A DNA stretch of 59,498 bases, from the IMG/VR virus record IMGVR_UViG_3300037071_001110, positions 1-59,498 of that record, one strand, 5' to 3'. Position 1 is the first letter of the stretch, and the number at the start of each line of letters is the position of its first letter. Origin of the DNA: a virus. Its lineage: Duplodnaviria > Caudoviricetes. This document shows, piece after piece, positions 38,570 to 48,167 of this stretch. The notes beneath the pieces were generated by a model. The model searched no databases. It was not told the origin of the DNA and was given only the letters and a program-made list of their open reading frames with translations. A program made the position numbers and the translations under genes.

Positions 38570-39212
38570 GCCAGACCTCCGCTCGCTCGGTGAGGATATC
38601 CGTCGCTGCGTACAGACTTGGGATCGCCGGTCGGTCAACGTCTCGATTCCAAACGTTCCGGATCAACACGGGCACCTTGACTCCGAACTCTTGCACCGCG
38701 AGGTCATACATCTCATAGAGGTCATCTATGACCATAATGACTCGCTCGCGGTCTACCCGGTCTGCCAATTGGGCATACTTGTCATCATCGTAGAGCAGAC
38801 CTCGGTATCCGTTCAAACCGTTGTGCTCCAGCCAGAAGCGGGTATCCGGGTCAATGTTGTCGAGTCGCTGGTACGGTCGCGTTGTGCACAGCCAGACCTC
38901 GACACCCAACTTTTTCGCCGTTCGCAGTAAGGCTGGCGCTCCTGCCCGAATAGGCTGGGAACGCTTCTGAGCGCCTTGGCGGTAAGCAAGCTTGATATCC
39001 CGCCAAGTATACTCGCTGATCCCGAGCTTGCTACAGACAAACTCTCGGAACGAGTAGGTGCCGGTGTAGTCCTTGGGGAACAAGACACTCTCACCAGAGC
39101 CAACGTAGGCTTCCGCAAACCGGGCAAAGTGGCCGTGATAATCAGCCAGCGTACCGTCAATGTCGAGGGCGAGGATCGGATGAACAGTATGGCTACAGTT
39201 TGAGCACCTCAT
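38547..39212 (-). CDS. HAD-superfamily phosphatase (deoxyribonucleotidase-like)
   Basis: LDIDGTL, TTRP, K and IDD motifs. Confidence 0.8.
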   Translation of the reverse strand: MRCSNCSHTVHPILALDIDGTLADYHGHFARFAEAYVGSGESVLFPKDYTGTYSFREFVCSKLGISEYTWRDIKLAYRQGAQKRSQPIRAGAPALLRTAKKLGVEVWLCTTRPYQRLDNIDPDTRFWLEHNGLNGYRGLLYDDDKYAQLADRVDRERVIMVIDDLYEMYDLAVQEFGVKVPVLIRNVWNRDVDRPAIPSLYAATDILTERAEVWRARYATV

Positions 39213-39958
39213 ACTGTGAAGTACCTCAACGTCTCGATGTAAGCCTCGTGCGAAAGTACGTCCCTCTGCCACTTGCCGTTCCTTCCCGCCGGCATGACGT
39301 TCGTCCGCCAGCAGTCGCAGTTGTTCGCTTGGGGTTTGGCGAACGGGTGCCCGTAGCTCCGCTCTGATCCTTGGACGTACTCTCTGTGAGCGATCCCTTG
39401 GATGTTCGACGCTCTGTGCCAGGGGTAGTTGGGCAGCCCGTTATAGATGATCGTGTTCTTCGGAACGATCTGACCGTCCACCTGCTCAATCTCAACCATG
39501 CGGGTCGTGAAGTCGTGCCGACCCTTACAGATTGCCATCTTGGGCAGGGTATTGATCACCAGGTCGAACTTATCCAAGAGGCGATCAACGGTCGGAACTC
39601 CGATGTCATTGACGTGGTTTATCTTCTGGATGTACATGTGCCAGAGAAGATCGTATGTTTCCTTCAGATCCCATGCTGGGCGGGTTTCCTCTTCCCATCT
39701 GCTCCAGGAGGATGGATGGTGCTCGTTTCCGTAGACCTTCCTAGTATACTCCTCGCCGGTGCCCCATTTCTCGAATCTGATTCGGAAATCTGGCTCGTCG
39801 GCCGTCAGCCCTTCAATTGGGATATGAAGGTACTGTGCACCCGCTATGATGCTCTTCTTCACGCGCGAGAAGATCATATAGTTTTGCCTCGTCCGGTCCA
39901 GAGCGTAGGCTGCGAGGAGCCCCGCCGGTCCGCAACCGAGCACTGCTACTCTAGCCAC
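39209..39958 (-). CDS. FAD-dependent oxidoreductase
   Basis: Rossmann motif VAVLGCGPAGLLAA, GAQYLH, C-terminal GRNGKW. Confidence 0.8.
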   Translation of the reverse strand: MARVAVLGCGPAGLLAAYALDRTRQNYMIFSRVKKSIIAGAQYLHIPIEGLTADEPDFRIRFEKWGTGEEYTRKVYGNEHHPSSWSRWEEETRPAWDLKETYDLLWHMYIQKINHVNDIGVPTVDRLLDKFDLVINTLPKMAICKGRHDFTTRMVEIEQVDGQIVPKNTIIYNGLPNYPWHRASNIQGIAHREYVQGSERSYGHPFAKPQANNCDCWRTNVMPAGRNGKWQRDVLSHEAYIETLRYFTV

Positions 39959-42704
39959 CCATTTCCTTTCTGTGAGTCTCCATAATGATCTCTCGGAAAG
40001 CCGGATTGATGATGTGGTTACCTCCAGTTGATCGGATCGCTGACAATCCGTTAAGTTGGCTGATCTTTTCGTTTGTGGCCCCGTAGTCCCCGATTGCCGA
40101 TTCTAGCTCCCTGGTTGTAAACATTCCACCCGGGATATCAATCAGGAAGTTGAGCAAGTTCCTAGTCCCAAGCAAGATTTCTACGAGGACATCAGCAGAG
40201 TCTCTAGTCCGTTGCTCTTCGTGATGCGTCTTGTCACCCATCATCTTGAAGCCGAAGTTTGGAGCGCCGTAGACGATATCAATAATCTTCTCGGCCGTCA
40301 AGACGTGCTCGCGCTTTACGATCAGCTGATCTCCATCATCAGTTGAGAAGAGTCGAGCAGCTACCGATACTGACATTCGCGCGATCTTGACCCAAGAGTC
40401 ATTGCTGATCAAGAGAGGTGGATTATCCGGGTAGACATCGCTGAACCTACTTTGGACTTCACGCACTGTCCGTTCGGCCCCGTCGTCCCAGATCACTTGC
40501 GACTCTTTCCTTGTCCACGCCCACTGTACCAAGTCTGAGCAATCTTGACTGTCGTGCTTAGGTTCGCCAGAGATAGGCTTTTTGCTAGTTCTCTCCAACG
40601 GCACGTCGTCGGACCTAAGCGTAGTTGCCATGTCGAATCTTGCGATGTCCTCTCGCGTTCCGATCAGCTCAGCGATAGCCCTGGCGCCATAAAGGAAGTT
40701 CGACATGTCAGTATGTTCGGCCCGAGGGTTCCCCATCCAGATCATCCGAACTCTTGCTAGCGTCTCGTCTCCAGCGATCTTTTGGACTGAGGCGATTCCA
40801 GATGATCGCGCGTTCGACATCTGAGCAATGTGATCCTTACTCAGATGGCTGACCTCATCCAGAACTACGAGACGAGCATCATTAGCAGGAATAACTCCCC
40901 ATGTGATATTCCAATCGCCCTTTACTTGCTGGGCTCCTCCATATAGCCCCGCGAAGGATGCCCCTTCACAGACTGCTATCTCCCCTGCCTGATAGTGGCC
41001 CTTTAGCCTATTGGCGATATTGGACTTGCCAGTCCGGGTATCTCCAATGACGAGAAGTTCCATCCACCCCCGCGTCACAAGTTGCCCTTCAAAATTGAAC
41101 TTCAAGACTGAGTGCCACACCATGTCCATCAGGATGTGAAGGTTCGGACGCTCATAGATCCGCGTCACGTGATGCGACATATCCCGAGCAATCTCACGAA
41201 GCTTGGCATACGGAGTTTGCCCCTTCCTCGGTTGGAAGGTACGCTTGAGGGCATCGACCCGCTCCCTCGGCAGTTGCATTCCCCAATCTACCTTCCGTAC
41301 CTCTTGGAACCCGGATGCCAAGAACTCCGTCTCTTGGGTACGCGGGTTCGGGTGTGGAGCCCCGGTCATCTGGGCAGTAGCGTTGCTCGGTAGATTGGAG
41401 TGTCCTATTACCGTCAACGCTACGAAGTTCATGTTGGGCGAGTGACCGTTAAGGTTCGACAACTCTGGCTTAACAAAGACTGTCTCAATGCTGTGATATT
41501 CGGCAATCGTGGGCTTAACGTCGCATTTGGCCGGAACCCCGGCAATCCTTCTCAACATCTTGATAACTTCATCGTCTCTAGCATTCATCAATTTGAAGCT
41601 AACAGGATCGTTAGCCTCAATCTCAATCTCTCCGCCCTTGTGGTCGAACGGGCAATGTGGGCATATAGATTCAGGGGAGCATTCAAACTTGACCCTACGC
41701 GGGATGAAGTATTTCTTGTCGGACTTTCCGCGCACGCTGCCGGTAAACCGCAACATCTGCCCTACATTGGCAGCGCGGATCACTTCCGTAATGTCGGCGT
41801 TTTCTCTGACCGCTTTTGGAGGCTCGCGATTGACGAGCGGGAGCGCCCGTCGCATCAGCCCCTTCATCTTGCCGCGCTTGCCAGGGTGGTCGTTCCAGAA
41901 GTCAGTTAGGTCCTTGCCATTCTTATCCGTCAGCGGGTACGGGAGAACCAGTTCAAGAACCTTCTCAGCAATCTCTTTAAGGTGAGAAGCCACAATGGCA
42001 TTTCCGCGCTCTCCTGCCTCGTCGCGATCGTGACAGACGTAGACAGCCTTGCCTTCAAAGTAACGGTTCCATCCGTCCTTCCATTCACGGGCGGACCCGG
42101 TGCGCGTGATAGCCGGGAACCCGTTTTGGATCGAGGCGAGTGCGTCGAGTTCACCTTCGCAAATGATGATCTCATATGGCATATTGTCTACAATTGCCGC
42201 CGGATAGAGCACGGCCATAGCGTGCCCTTTGACGGACCAAATCTTGCGGCCCGTCTTTGCGCCTGGGTTATAGGTCCGGACGTTGATGAGAACGCCCTCG
42301 CGGTTGTAGACCGGGATCTTGTAGTACCGGCCATCGAACCCGAGATTGTACTCTGCTATCGTATCCCGGTTGAGTCCGCGGAGACTTGTGAACCTTTCCA
42401 GGGCTCGCTCGTCTGTGAGCAACCGAACATTCCATTGGGAGATTAGGTCCTCATGAGGCAGCCTATCAGCCTCGCGGCTCGGGTCCAAAGCGGGACCTCC
42501 TACCCATTCATCCTTCCTTCTCAGAAGTTGACGCAGGGAGAGGCCGCCGCAACGGAAGCAGTTGAAGACCTCCTTCTTGACGTTAAGCGACGCACTTCGC
42601 TTTTCGTCTGGATGGAGCGGGCAGTGCAGCGCCCATTCGCCGTCACTTCCAGGCTCGTCGCCTATGAGATAGGGACGCAAGGGCGCAAGTCGGGGGTACC
42701 TCAT
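39951..42704 (-). CDS. Primase (Zn finger + TOPRIM) fused to an MCM-like AAA+ helicase
   Basis: CPLH..C..C, CEGELD, HDRD, KDLTD; GDTRTGKS, VVLDE, ARFD. Confidence 0.8.
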   Translation of the reverse strand: MRYPRLAPLRPYLIGDEPGSDGEWALHCPLHPDEKRSASLNVKKEVFNCFRCGGLSLRQLLRRKDEWVGGPALDPSREADRLPHEDLISQWNVRLLTDERALERFTSLRGLNRDTIAEYNLGFDGRYYKIPVYNREGVLINVRTYNPGAKTGRKIWSVKGHAMAVLYPAAIVDNMPYEIIICEGELDALASIQNGFPAITRTGSAREWKDGWNRYFEGKAVYVCHDRDEAGERGNAIVASHLKEIAEKVLELVLPYPLTDKNGKDLTDFWNDHPGKRGKMKGLMRRALPLVNREPPKAVRENADITEVIRAANVGQMLRFTGSVRGKSDKKYFIPRRVKFECSPESICPHCPFDHKGGEIEIEANDPVSFKLMNARDDEVIKMLRRIAGVPAKCDVKPTIAEYHSIETVFVKPELSNLNGHSPNMNFVALTVIGHSNLPSNATAQMTGAPHPNPRTQETEFLASGFQEVRKVDWGMQLPRERVDALKRTFQPRKGQTPYAKLREIARDMSHHVTRIYERPNLHILMDMVWHSVLKFNFEGQLVTRGWMELLVIGDTRTGKSNIANRLKGHYQAGEIAVCEGASFAGLYGGAQQVKGDWNITWGVIPANDARLVVLDEVSHLSKDHIAQMSNARSSGIASVQKIAGDETLARVRMIWMGNPRAEHTDMSNFLYGARAIAELIGTREDIARFDMATTLRSDDVPLERTSKKPISGEPKHDSQDCSDLVQWAWTRKESQVIWDDGAERTVREVQSRFSDVYPDNPPLLISNDSWVKIARMSVSVAARLFSTDDGDQLIVKREHVLTAEKIIDIVYGAPNFGFKMMGDKTHHEEQRTRDSADVLVEILLGTRNLLNFLIDIPGGMFTTRELESAIGDYGATNEKISQLNGLSAIRSTGGNHIINPAFREIIMETHRKEMGG

Positions 42705-42771
42705 GACTTGCTCCTAAGAGAGTGGGCTGGGAGCGGGACTGGGTGTTGCCCCGCCCCCTGCCCCTAGCGGA

Positions 42772-43500
42772 TCAGAACGGGTCTTCAGCCGAAGTGTCGT
42801 CCTTCTCCAGCCTCTTGATGAGGAGCTTCTTGCTGCCCTTGGTCGGGAGGCCGCGCGACTCCAACTCCTCCTTGAGCTCGTTCAGAGCCCACTCGTTGTA
42901 GTCCTCAGCCTCGTCGTCCTCATCTTCGTCCTCATCCTCCTCGTCCTCGTCCTCATCTTCGTCCTCGTCCTCATCCTCCTCGTCCTCGTCATCCTCGTCG
43001 TCGTCCTTGGCCTTGGCCTTGGGCGAGATTGCCTTCCCCTTCTTGGCCTTCGCCTTGGGAGTCTCCTCCTCCTCATCCTCGTCGTCGTCGTCCTCGATGT
43101 CCTCCTCGTCCTCGTCCAACTCCTCCTCGTCCAGCGCATCCAGGTTCAGGAAGCGGTTGATCCGCGCCCTGTACGCGCCCTCCCAGGAGTCGCCGACGAC
43201 GACGATGCCCAGCTCCTTGCCGGCGAGCTTGTCGGTGTCGAGCGTGCCCTTTGCCCGCAGCCCAAGCGCGTCGGTGAACTCGCGAAACTTCCACTTGCTC
43301 GCCTCGCCCATGTGGACGTAGGCCCAGACCCTGCCGCCGCCGAACCGCTTGTGGTCGATGACCTCGGCCGTGACTTCGATGTCGTTCTTGCCATCGGTGT
43401 CGCGACGGTTTGCCGAGACGATGCGGGCCTTGTAGATCCCGGGCTGAGGCTGTTCGCCCCCGGCCTCGACATCGCTCACGTCATAACGTACCTTTGCCAC
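42772..43500 (-). CDS. ssDNA-binding protein (DUF669-like) with acidic linker and C-terminal SAP domain
   Basis: PG.Y.A.I N-terminus; D/E tracts; ELKEELESRGL.TKG.K..LIKRL. Confidence 0.7.
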   Translation of the reverse strand: MAKVRYDVSDVEAGGEQPQPGIYKARIVSANRRDTDGKNDIEVTAEVIDHKRFGGGRVWAYVHMGEASKWKFREFTDALGLRAKGTLDTDKLAGKELGIVVVGDSWEGAYRARINRFLNLDALDEEELDEDEEDIEDDDDEDEEEETPKAKAKKGKAISPKAKAKDDDEDDEDEEDEDEDEDEDEDEEDEDEDEDDEAEDYNEWALNELKEELESRGLPTKGSKKLLIKRLEKDDTSAEDPF

Positions 43501-43508
43501 TGAACCCC

Positions 43509-44267
43509 CTACTGGTTGTCCCCATAGATGAGATCGAGCATTTTGGGGATGGTCGGATAGTTCATCTTTCCGCCCGGCAAGGCTCCGAACTGGTCCTTGC
43601 CGTACGCTCTGTCACCCTCGTCTGTGTAGATCGTCCGGATCATCTTGCCAGACTTCTTGTTCTTCCGAACGTCCATATAGGCGACGATGTTCATATAGCC
43701 GCAGATCTTCGGGGACATGTTCCTCCCCTGGATGTACGGCATCAGCATGTTGAACCCGCCGTCGTCAAAGGGATCATCCACATCGGTGGGGTGAGCTGTT
43801 ATCCCGAAGTGGAAGGCTTCCATCCCTACAATGTGACGGACCCACTGCCCGAGACGGAACATGTTGACCCCGTACTCGGCGCGGTCCAGGCCGTACTCTT
43901 TGCGTGATGGTTTCTTCTCAATGACCCCGGCCCAGATGTCATCGAGACCAGTGTCCTGGAATAGCGAGATTGAGTCTAGCCAGACCCAATCCCAATCTCT
44001 GCCCTGAGTCTCGCGGAGATACTCCAGAGCCTCGAACATCTTGGTCCAGTCGCGGACGACCCACTCCTTGACCCCCGTCTCTCTGATGGAGTCGGTATGG
44101 TCAATCGGCGGGCGGATGATGAGAGTCCGCTCTGGATCAGGGGCAGTCCCGATGAAGCGAGTCTTGCCTACTCCGGGGTTCCCGTAGAGCATGATGTTGA
44201 TCTTCCCGGAGGAGCCCACCGTTTGGATATCGGAGGGCAGTGGAGACTTCTTGCGACGGACGGCCAT
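43509..44267 (-). CDS. AAA_24/Sak4-like ATPase
   Basis: YGNPGVGKT, LDSIS, TAH, KDQF. Confidence 0.8.
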   Translation of the reverse strand: MAVRRKKSPLPSDIQTVGSSGKINIMLYGNPGVGKTRFIGTAPDPERTLIIRPPIDHTDSIRETGVKEWVVRDWTKMFEALEYLRETQGRDWDWVWLDSISLFQDTGLDDIWAGVIEKKPSRKEYGLDRAEYGVNMFRLGQWVRHIVGMEAFHFGITAHPTDVDDPFDDGGFNMLMPYIQGRNMSPKICGYMNIVAYMDVRKNKKSGKMIRTIYTDEGDRAYGKDQFGALPGGKMNYPTIPKMLDLIYGDNQ

Positions 44268-44380
44268 AGACTATACAGCTTTCTAACGGTTGCGGATTCG
44301 GGGTAGGCTCTAGGGTACTCCCGCGCGTTACGCAAGTCTCCTAGGGCCGGATAGGGCTTGTAGACGGATTGATCTTCCGG

Positions 44381-45343
44381 CTATTTACCCTCGTGGAGAA
44401 TCTCATATGGGCTATACTGATCCACGACATCGAACGCGGCGCGGAGCAGTAGCTCATAGTCTCCGCCCGTTTCGTGGAGTTCGCAGGGATCGGAGAACGG
44501 GCAGGTCGCACAGTTGAAGTTCGACGGAGACTTGTAGATGGGACGCTCGCCCTTCCGCAACTCCTCCATCTCATGGTACTGGGCGACGATCCGCCGCCGG
44601 ATGTTCATGCGGTCCTTCCGGTCTCTGTAGACTGGGACGCGCTTGAAGAGAGGGTTCGGTTGCCGTTTGGAAACCGTCCCGTCCTTGTTGAGCGCGAGCC
44701 CCTCCTCGTTGGTCCGCCGGTCGTCTGGCATACCTTTGCGGAGGAAGGTGTAGAGGATTCCCCGGAGTTGGTCGTTCTCCCCGAGGAGCCCGTTCATCCT
44801 CAGCCACACCGGCGCAAACGCCCAGTAGCTACCGGCCTGCTCGTCTAGCGGCAGATGCCGATCCCAGAACTGTGCGGCCGTCTTCCATTCCTTCAGAAGC
44901 AGCTGCCCGGTTAGCCGGTCCCGCCAAACCCCGTCGAACGTACCAACGTACGTGAGCCCTTTGATTACCCGTACTGCGAAAGTCTGCTCGCTCGTTATGA
45001 CCTCGAACTGATCATCCTCCCCGAACTCCTCAACAAAGGCCGTCAGGAGGGCAGTGCCTAGCTCTCCCGCCTCTTGCCATTTCCCGTCCTCATCGCGGAA
45101 GCCTATCGACTCCTGCTCTCTGAGTTCGGCGGCATAGAGGAACTGGAAGGATTCCGCCGGATGCGGTCCTCGCTTCTTGCCGGGCGGGTAGCGTAGCTCC
45201 AGCGCCTTGTGAACGAGGCTCCCGAAGCGCAGATGGGGAGACTCTTGCTTCGGTCGGAGGTTTCTGTTATACGCCCAATGCCACTTTTGCTTACATGTGG
45301 TGAAGGTCGTCCGCTCGGAGGTACGCAGTGTGGTCGGCATCAC
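44381..45343 (-). CDS. PD-(D/E)XK (Cas4/RecB-like) exonuclease
   Basis: FGS.VH.ALE, GTFD, EWKT, Q..SY, C..CPF...C. Confidence 0.85.
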   Translation of the reverse strand: MMPTTLRTSERTTFTTCKQKWHWAYNRNLRPKQESPHLRFGSLVHKALELRYPPGKKRGPHPAESFQFLYAAELREQESIGFRDEDGKWQEAGELGTALLTAFVEEFGEDDQFEVITSEQTFAVRVIKGLTYVGTFDGVWRDRLTGQLLLKEWKTAAQFWDRHLPLDEQAGSYWAFAPVWLRMNGLLGENDQLRGILYTFLRKGMPDDRRTNEEGLALNKDGTVSKRQPNPLFKRVPVYRDRKDRMNIRRRIVAQYHEMEELRKGERPIYKSPSNFNCATCPFSDPCELHETGGDYELLLRAAFDVVDQYSPYEILHEGK

Positions 45344-45388
45344 CCTTTGCCTAGCCCTTTTTTGGTCACGGTGGGAGTCGAGAGGGGT

Positions 45389-45417
45389 ACTCTACCCTAG
45401 ATCAAGTCTCCCGTAAA
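45389..45417 (-). promoter_or_regulatory. SigA-like promoter
   Basis: TTTACG-N17-TAGAGT on -. Confidence 0.65.
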
Positions 45418-45422
45418 GGCCC

Positions 45423-45608
45423 TCAATGATCCGGATTTTCCGGAAACTCCGTTTGGAGAAACTCCTCAACCTTCTTTTCAGCTTCAGCCTTTGATCTGCT
45501 TCTTTGCTTCTTAGTAGGCGGCAGACACTCAACATGGCACTCGCGGCCGTACCGATCCTCGGCAGCTTCCTCGAAGTCAAGTTCAAAGTCGCAATAGGGA
45601 CACACCAA
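45423..45608 (-). CDS. Small Cys/His protein
   Basis: CPYC...CHVEC. Confidence 0.5.
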   Translation of the reverse strand: MVCPYCDFELDFEEAAEDRYGRECHVECLPPTKKQRSRSKAEAEKKVEEFLQTEFPENPDH

Positions 45609-45714
45609 AAGATGGTCCGACGGGCGCGGCTTGCGGTCCTTGCGGAAGTTGCGCTTTGGCCTCCCCGGCGCAAGGCGGGGCTTCTTGGAGTGCTTCCCGT
45701 AATGTGAGCTTCGG

Positions 45715-47442
45715 TCAGCCGTGGATGATTCCCTTCCTCCGTAGCTCCAAGATGTTGCGGTTAATCATCGCCTTGTCGAAGTTCACTCCGGCGATATACT
45801 GCTCGATCGAGTTGTTGCTCCGGTACTTGTAGACCGTAACGTTGTGGACGCGAGAGACGCGATGGATCCGATCCTCTAGTTGCTCCTGATCGTCGGGTGT
45901 CCAGGTTTCGTCCAAGATGTGAATCGAGTCAGCCTGGTCAAGCGTGATTGCGACGCCGCCCGCCGTTGTGACGATCACCATAACTCTGGGACCGTCCTTC
46001 TCTTGGAAGCTACGGACGATCTCAGTGCGGTCCTTCGGCTTGACGTCGCCCGAGATCAACACTACGGGTATCCCGCACTCCTCCAGGTACCGAGCGACCA
46101 TATTCGCGACGCTCTTGAACTGTGAGGCGACGACCGCTTGCGCGTCGCCGGTTGGGTCGTCGGGGTCAATCCCGCGTTCCGCCAGCCGGTCGAGGAGCGC
46201 CGGCAGCTTCCCACTATCCGTCGTCGGCGCAACGTTCCCAGCGATGATGTCGCACCTGGCGTCCGCGAACTGCTTTAGCCGAGTATACAGAGCGAGGATG
46301 TTCGTCGCACTGAGGTGCTCCTCGTCTATTTGAATCTCGTAGCGGGTCGCCATAGCGTCGTAGAACTTGGCCTGCTTCTTCGTCATATCGCACCAAACGT
46401 CAACGTACGTCTTTGGCGGGAGGTCAGGAGCGACCTCATCCTTCGTACGCCGTACCATATACGGTCGGAGCGTTTGATAGAAGGCGTCCTCCTTGCCCTC
46501 CTGAATCCCTCGGATATCCCAACCGAACCCGTTGTTGGAGGTAACGAGCCATTCCTTGGCCCAGTTCCACTTATTCGAGAACGAGTGAGGATCGAGGAAG
46601 TGAAGTGCCGACCACAGCTTGATGGGCTTACCGCCCACTGGTGTTCCGCTTAGGCAGTAGCGTCGCTTCGCCTTGAGCTTGAACGCTCTGGTCGAGAACT
46701 TCGTCTTGCTGTTGGAGAGTCCCGCCTTGTGGAACTCGTCGATGGTAACCGAGGTCCAATCGACCTCAGTGAGCCACTCGCCGTCCTTGCCTCGAAGGGT
46801 ATCGAAGTTGGTGACGAGCCAGAACGGGATTCCGTTCTTGTACGAATCCGCCGCGATGCGGAGACTCGTATGACGATCCGCGCCTCCCGCGACCAGCACT
46901 ACATGAGGCTGGAAGCGTCGAAGCTCGTAGCTCCACACTGTGTCCAGTGAGGTGAGCGGAGCGATGACCAGATGGGGGCCGTCTAGCATACCGGCCTCGA
47001 TGATGCCTCCGAGCGTCTCGACTGTTTTGCCGAGGCCCGGTTGATTCGCGTTCAACGCGCTGGTCTGCGCGAGGAAGCTGATGTCCGCTCGTTGGTACGT
47101 CCTCGTTGAGACGAGGCCGAACAAATCCGGAGCGAGCGTTGGGAGACGCTCTAGCTGGGCGTCGTCAGCGCCCGCGACCGAGAGCAACTTCTCCTCGGCG
47201 TTGCGCGCGTTCCTTCCCCAAGCCTTCGCTTCATCGGTTAGACGAAGTTGCTCTCCGAAGATGTCTCGTAGCCGACGAGCGTTCCGCATATTCGCGGGTA
47301 TCGTCCAGTGGGGACCGCCTCGGTCCTTGGGGACGAACTTGCGCCCGCTAATCTGCTTTATGGCATCGATCGCAATCGGGTTGTACCCGAACTCGACTTT
47401 GAGCCGAGGGCCGTCGATGTCAACCGTCGCTACCATTTCCAC
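45715..47442 (-). CDS. SNF2-family helicase
   Basis: PGLGKT, DEFH, LSGTP, MVRRTK, SGK, Q.EDRIHR. Confidence 0.92.
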   Translation of the reverse strand: MEMVATVDIDGPRLKVEFGYNPIAIDAIKQISGRKFVPKDRGGPHWTIPANMRNARRLRDIFGEQLRLTDEAKAWGRNARNAEEKLLSVAGADDAQLERLPTLAPDLFGLVSTRTYQRADISFLAQTSALNANQPGLGKTVETLGGIIEAGMLDGPHLVIAPLTSLDTVWSYELRRFQPHVVLVAGGADRHTSLRIAADSYKNGIPFWLVTNFDTLRGKDGEWLTEVDWTSVTIDEFHKAGLSNSKTKFSTRAFKLKAKRRYCLSGTPVGGKPIKLWSALHFLDPHSFSNKWNWAKEWLVTSNNGFGWDIRGIQEGKEDAFYQTLRPYMVRRTKDEVAPDLPPKTYVDVWCDMTKKQAKFYDAMATRYEIQIDEEHLSATNILALYTRLKQFADARCDIIAGNVAPTTDSGKLPALLDRLAERGIDPDDPTGDAQAVVASQFKSVANMVARYLEECGIPVVLISGDVKPKDRTEIVRSFQEKDGPRVMVIVTTAGGVAITLDQADSIHILDETWTPDDQEQLEDRIHRVSRVHNVTVYKYRSNNSIEQYIAGVNFDKAMINRNILELRRKGIIHG

Positions 47443-47483
47443 CTTTCGTAGCCCTTTTGGGTCGGGGGTCCCGACCTACCTAG

Positions 47484-47512
47484 AGCGTACTCTCTTTCAA
47501 CACGTCCGTCTA
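47484..47512 (-). promoter_or_regulatory. SigA-like promoter
   Basis: TAGACG-N17-TACGCT on -. Confidence 0.75.
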
Positions 47513-47520
47513 GTATTGTT

Positions 47521-47680
47521 ATGGTTCCCTCGCGGGCGGGCGGGCGGGCATCCGTGGGTGGAAGTCTCGCGTACGGAGAAGTCTTATCAAAATCTTTATC
47601 ACCAGGTAGTGACGTGATTTCAGGTTCTCGCGATAGAGTCCCACTCGGGTGATGACCCGCCCGGCCGCGCCCGCGCGAGG
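47521..47680 (-). repeat. Long imperfect palindromic element, copy B
   Basis: Reverse complement aligns to 161-345; GC-rich arms around an AT-rich core. Confidence 0.85.
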
Positions 47681-48157
47681 CTACTTGGCCTTGGGAACCC
47701 GGATCTCATTCTCCCGTCCCTCTGCCCGGAGTGTCCGCTCCTGGCGCTTTCGCTCGATGGCGACGAGCCTGTAGGACTTCGGCCGATTGGTCCCGGGGAC
47801 CCACTCGATGAATCCCTTGTTCACGAGTCGCTGGATGTCCGAGTTCGCGGCGTTGTTGTCGCTCCCTCGCCACCCGGCGTACAGCTGGACAGTGAAGCGC
47901 CGCACCTTGTACATCCACTCGCGCTTCCGCTCCCAGGTGATGGCCGCCTGTGGCGTCCCCTTCATCCCTAGGCTGCGAACGTCGGGCCGCACGTGATCGC
48001 GCTCGATCCTCAGGAGTTCAATGTCGCTGAGCTTCTCGCGAATGTCGTTCTCCAACTCGCGGATCTGCTCATCGATCTCAAACGCCTTGGTGTAGGCGTC
48101 TACCTCCTCGATGACGGGCTGTCGGCGCTTCTTCTTGCGCCTCGTTTCTACTGCCAT
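47681..48157 (-). CDS. Coiled-coil plus winged-HTH protein
   Basis: A.SDIQRLV.KGFIE wing pattern. Confidence 0.55.
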   Translation of the reverse strand: MAVETRRKKKRRQPVIEEVDAYTKAFEIDEQIRELENDIREKLSDIELLRIERDHVRPDVRSLGMKGTPQAAITWERKREWMYKVRRFTVQLYAGWRGSDNNAANSDIQRLVNKGFIEWVPGTNRPKSYRLVAIERKRQERTLRAEGRENEIRVPKAK

Positions 48158-48167
48158 GTGAGCTCCC

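Noticed and set aside
44381-45343. Cas4 as evidence of CRISPR-Cas
   Set aside because: Sits in the usual phage recombination module with an AAA ATPase and SSB
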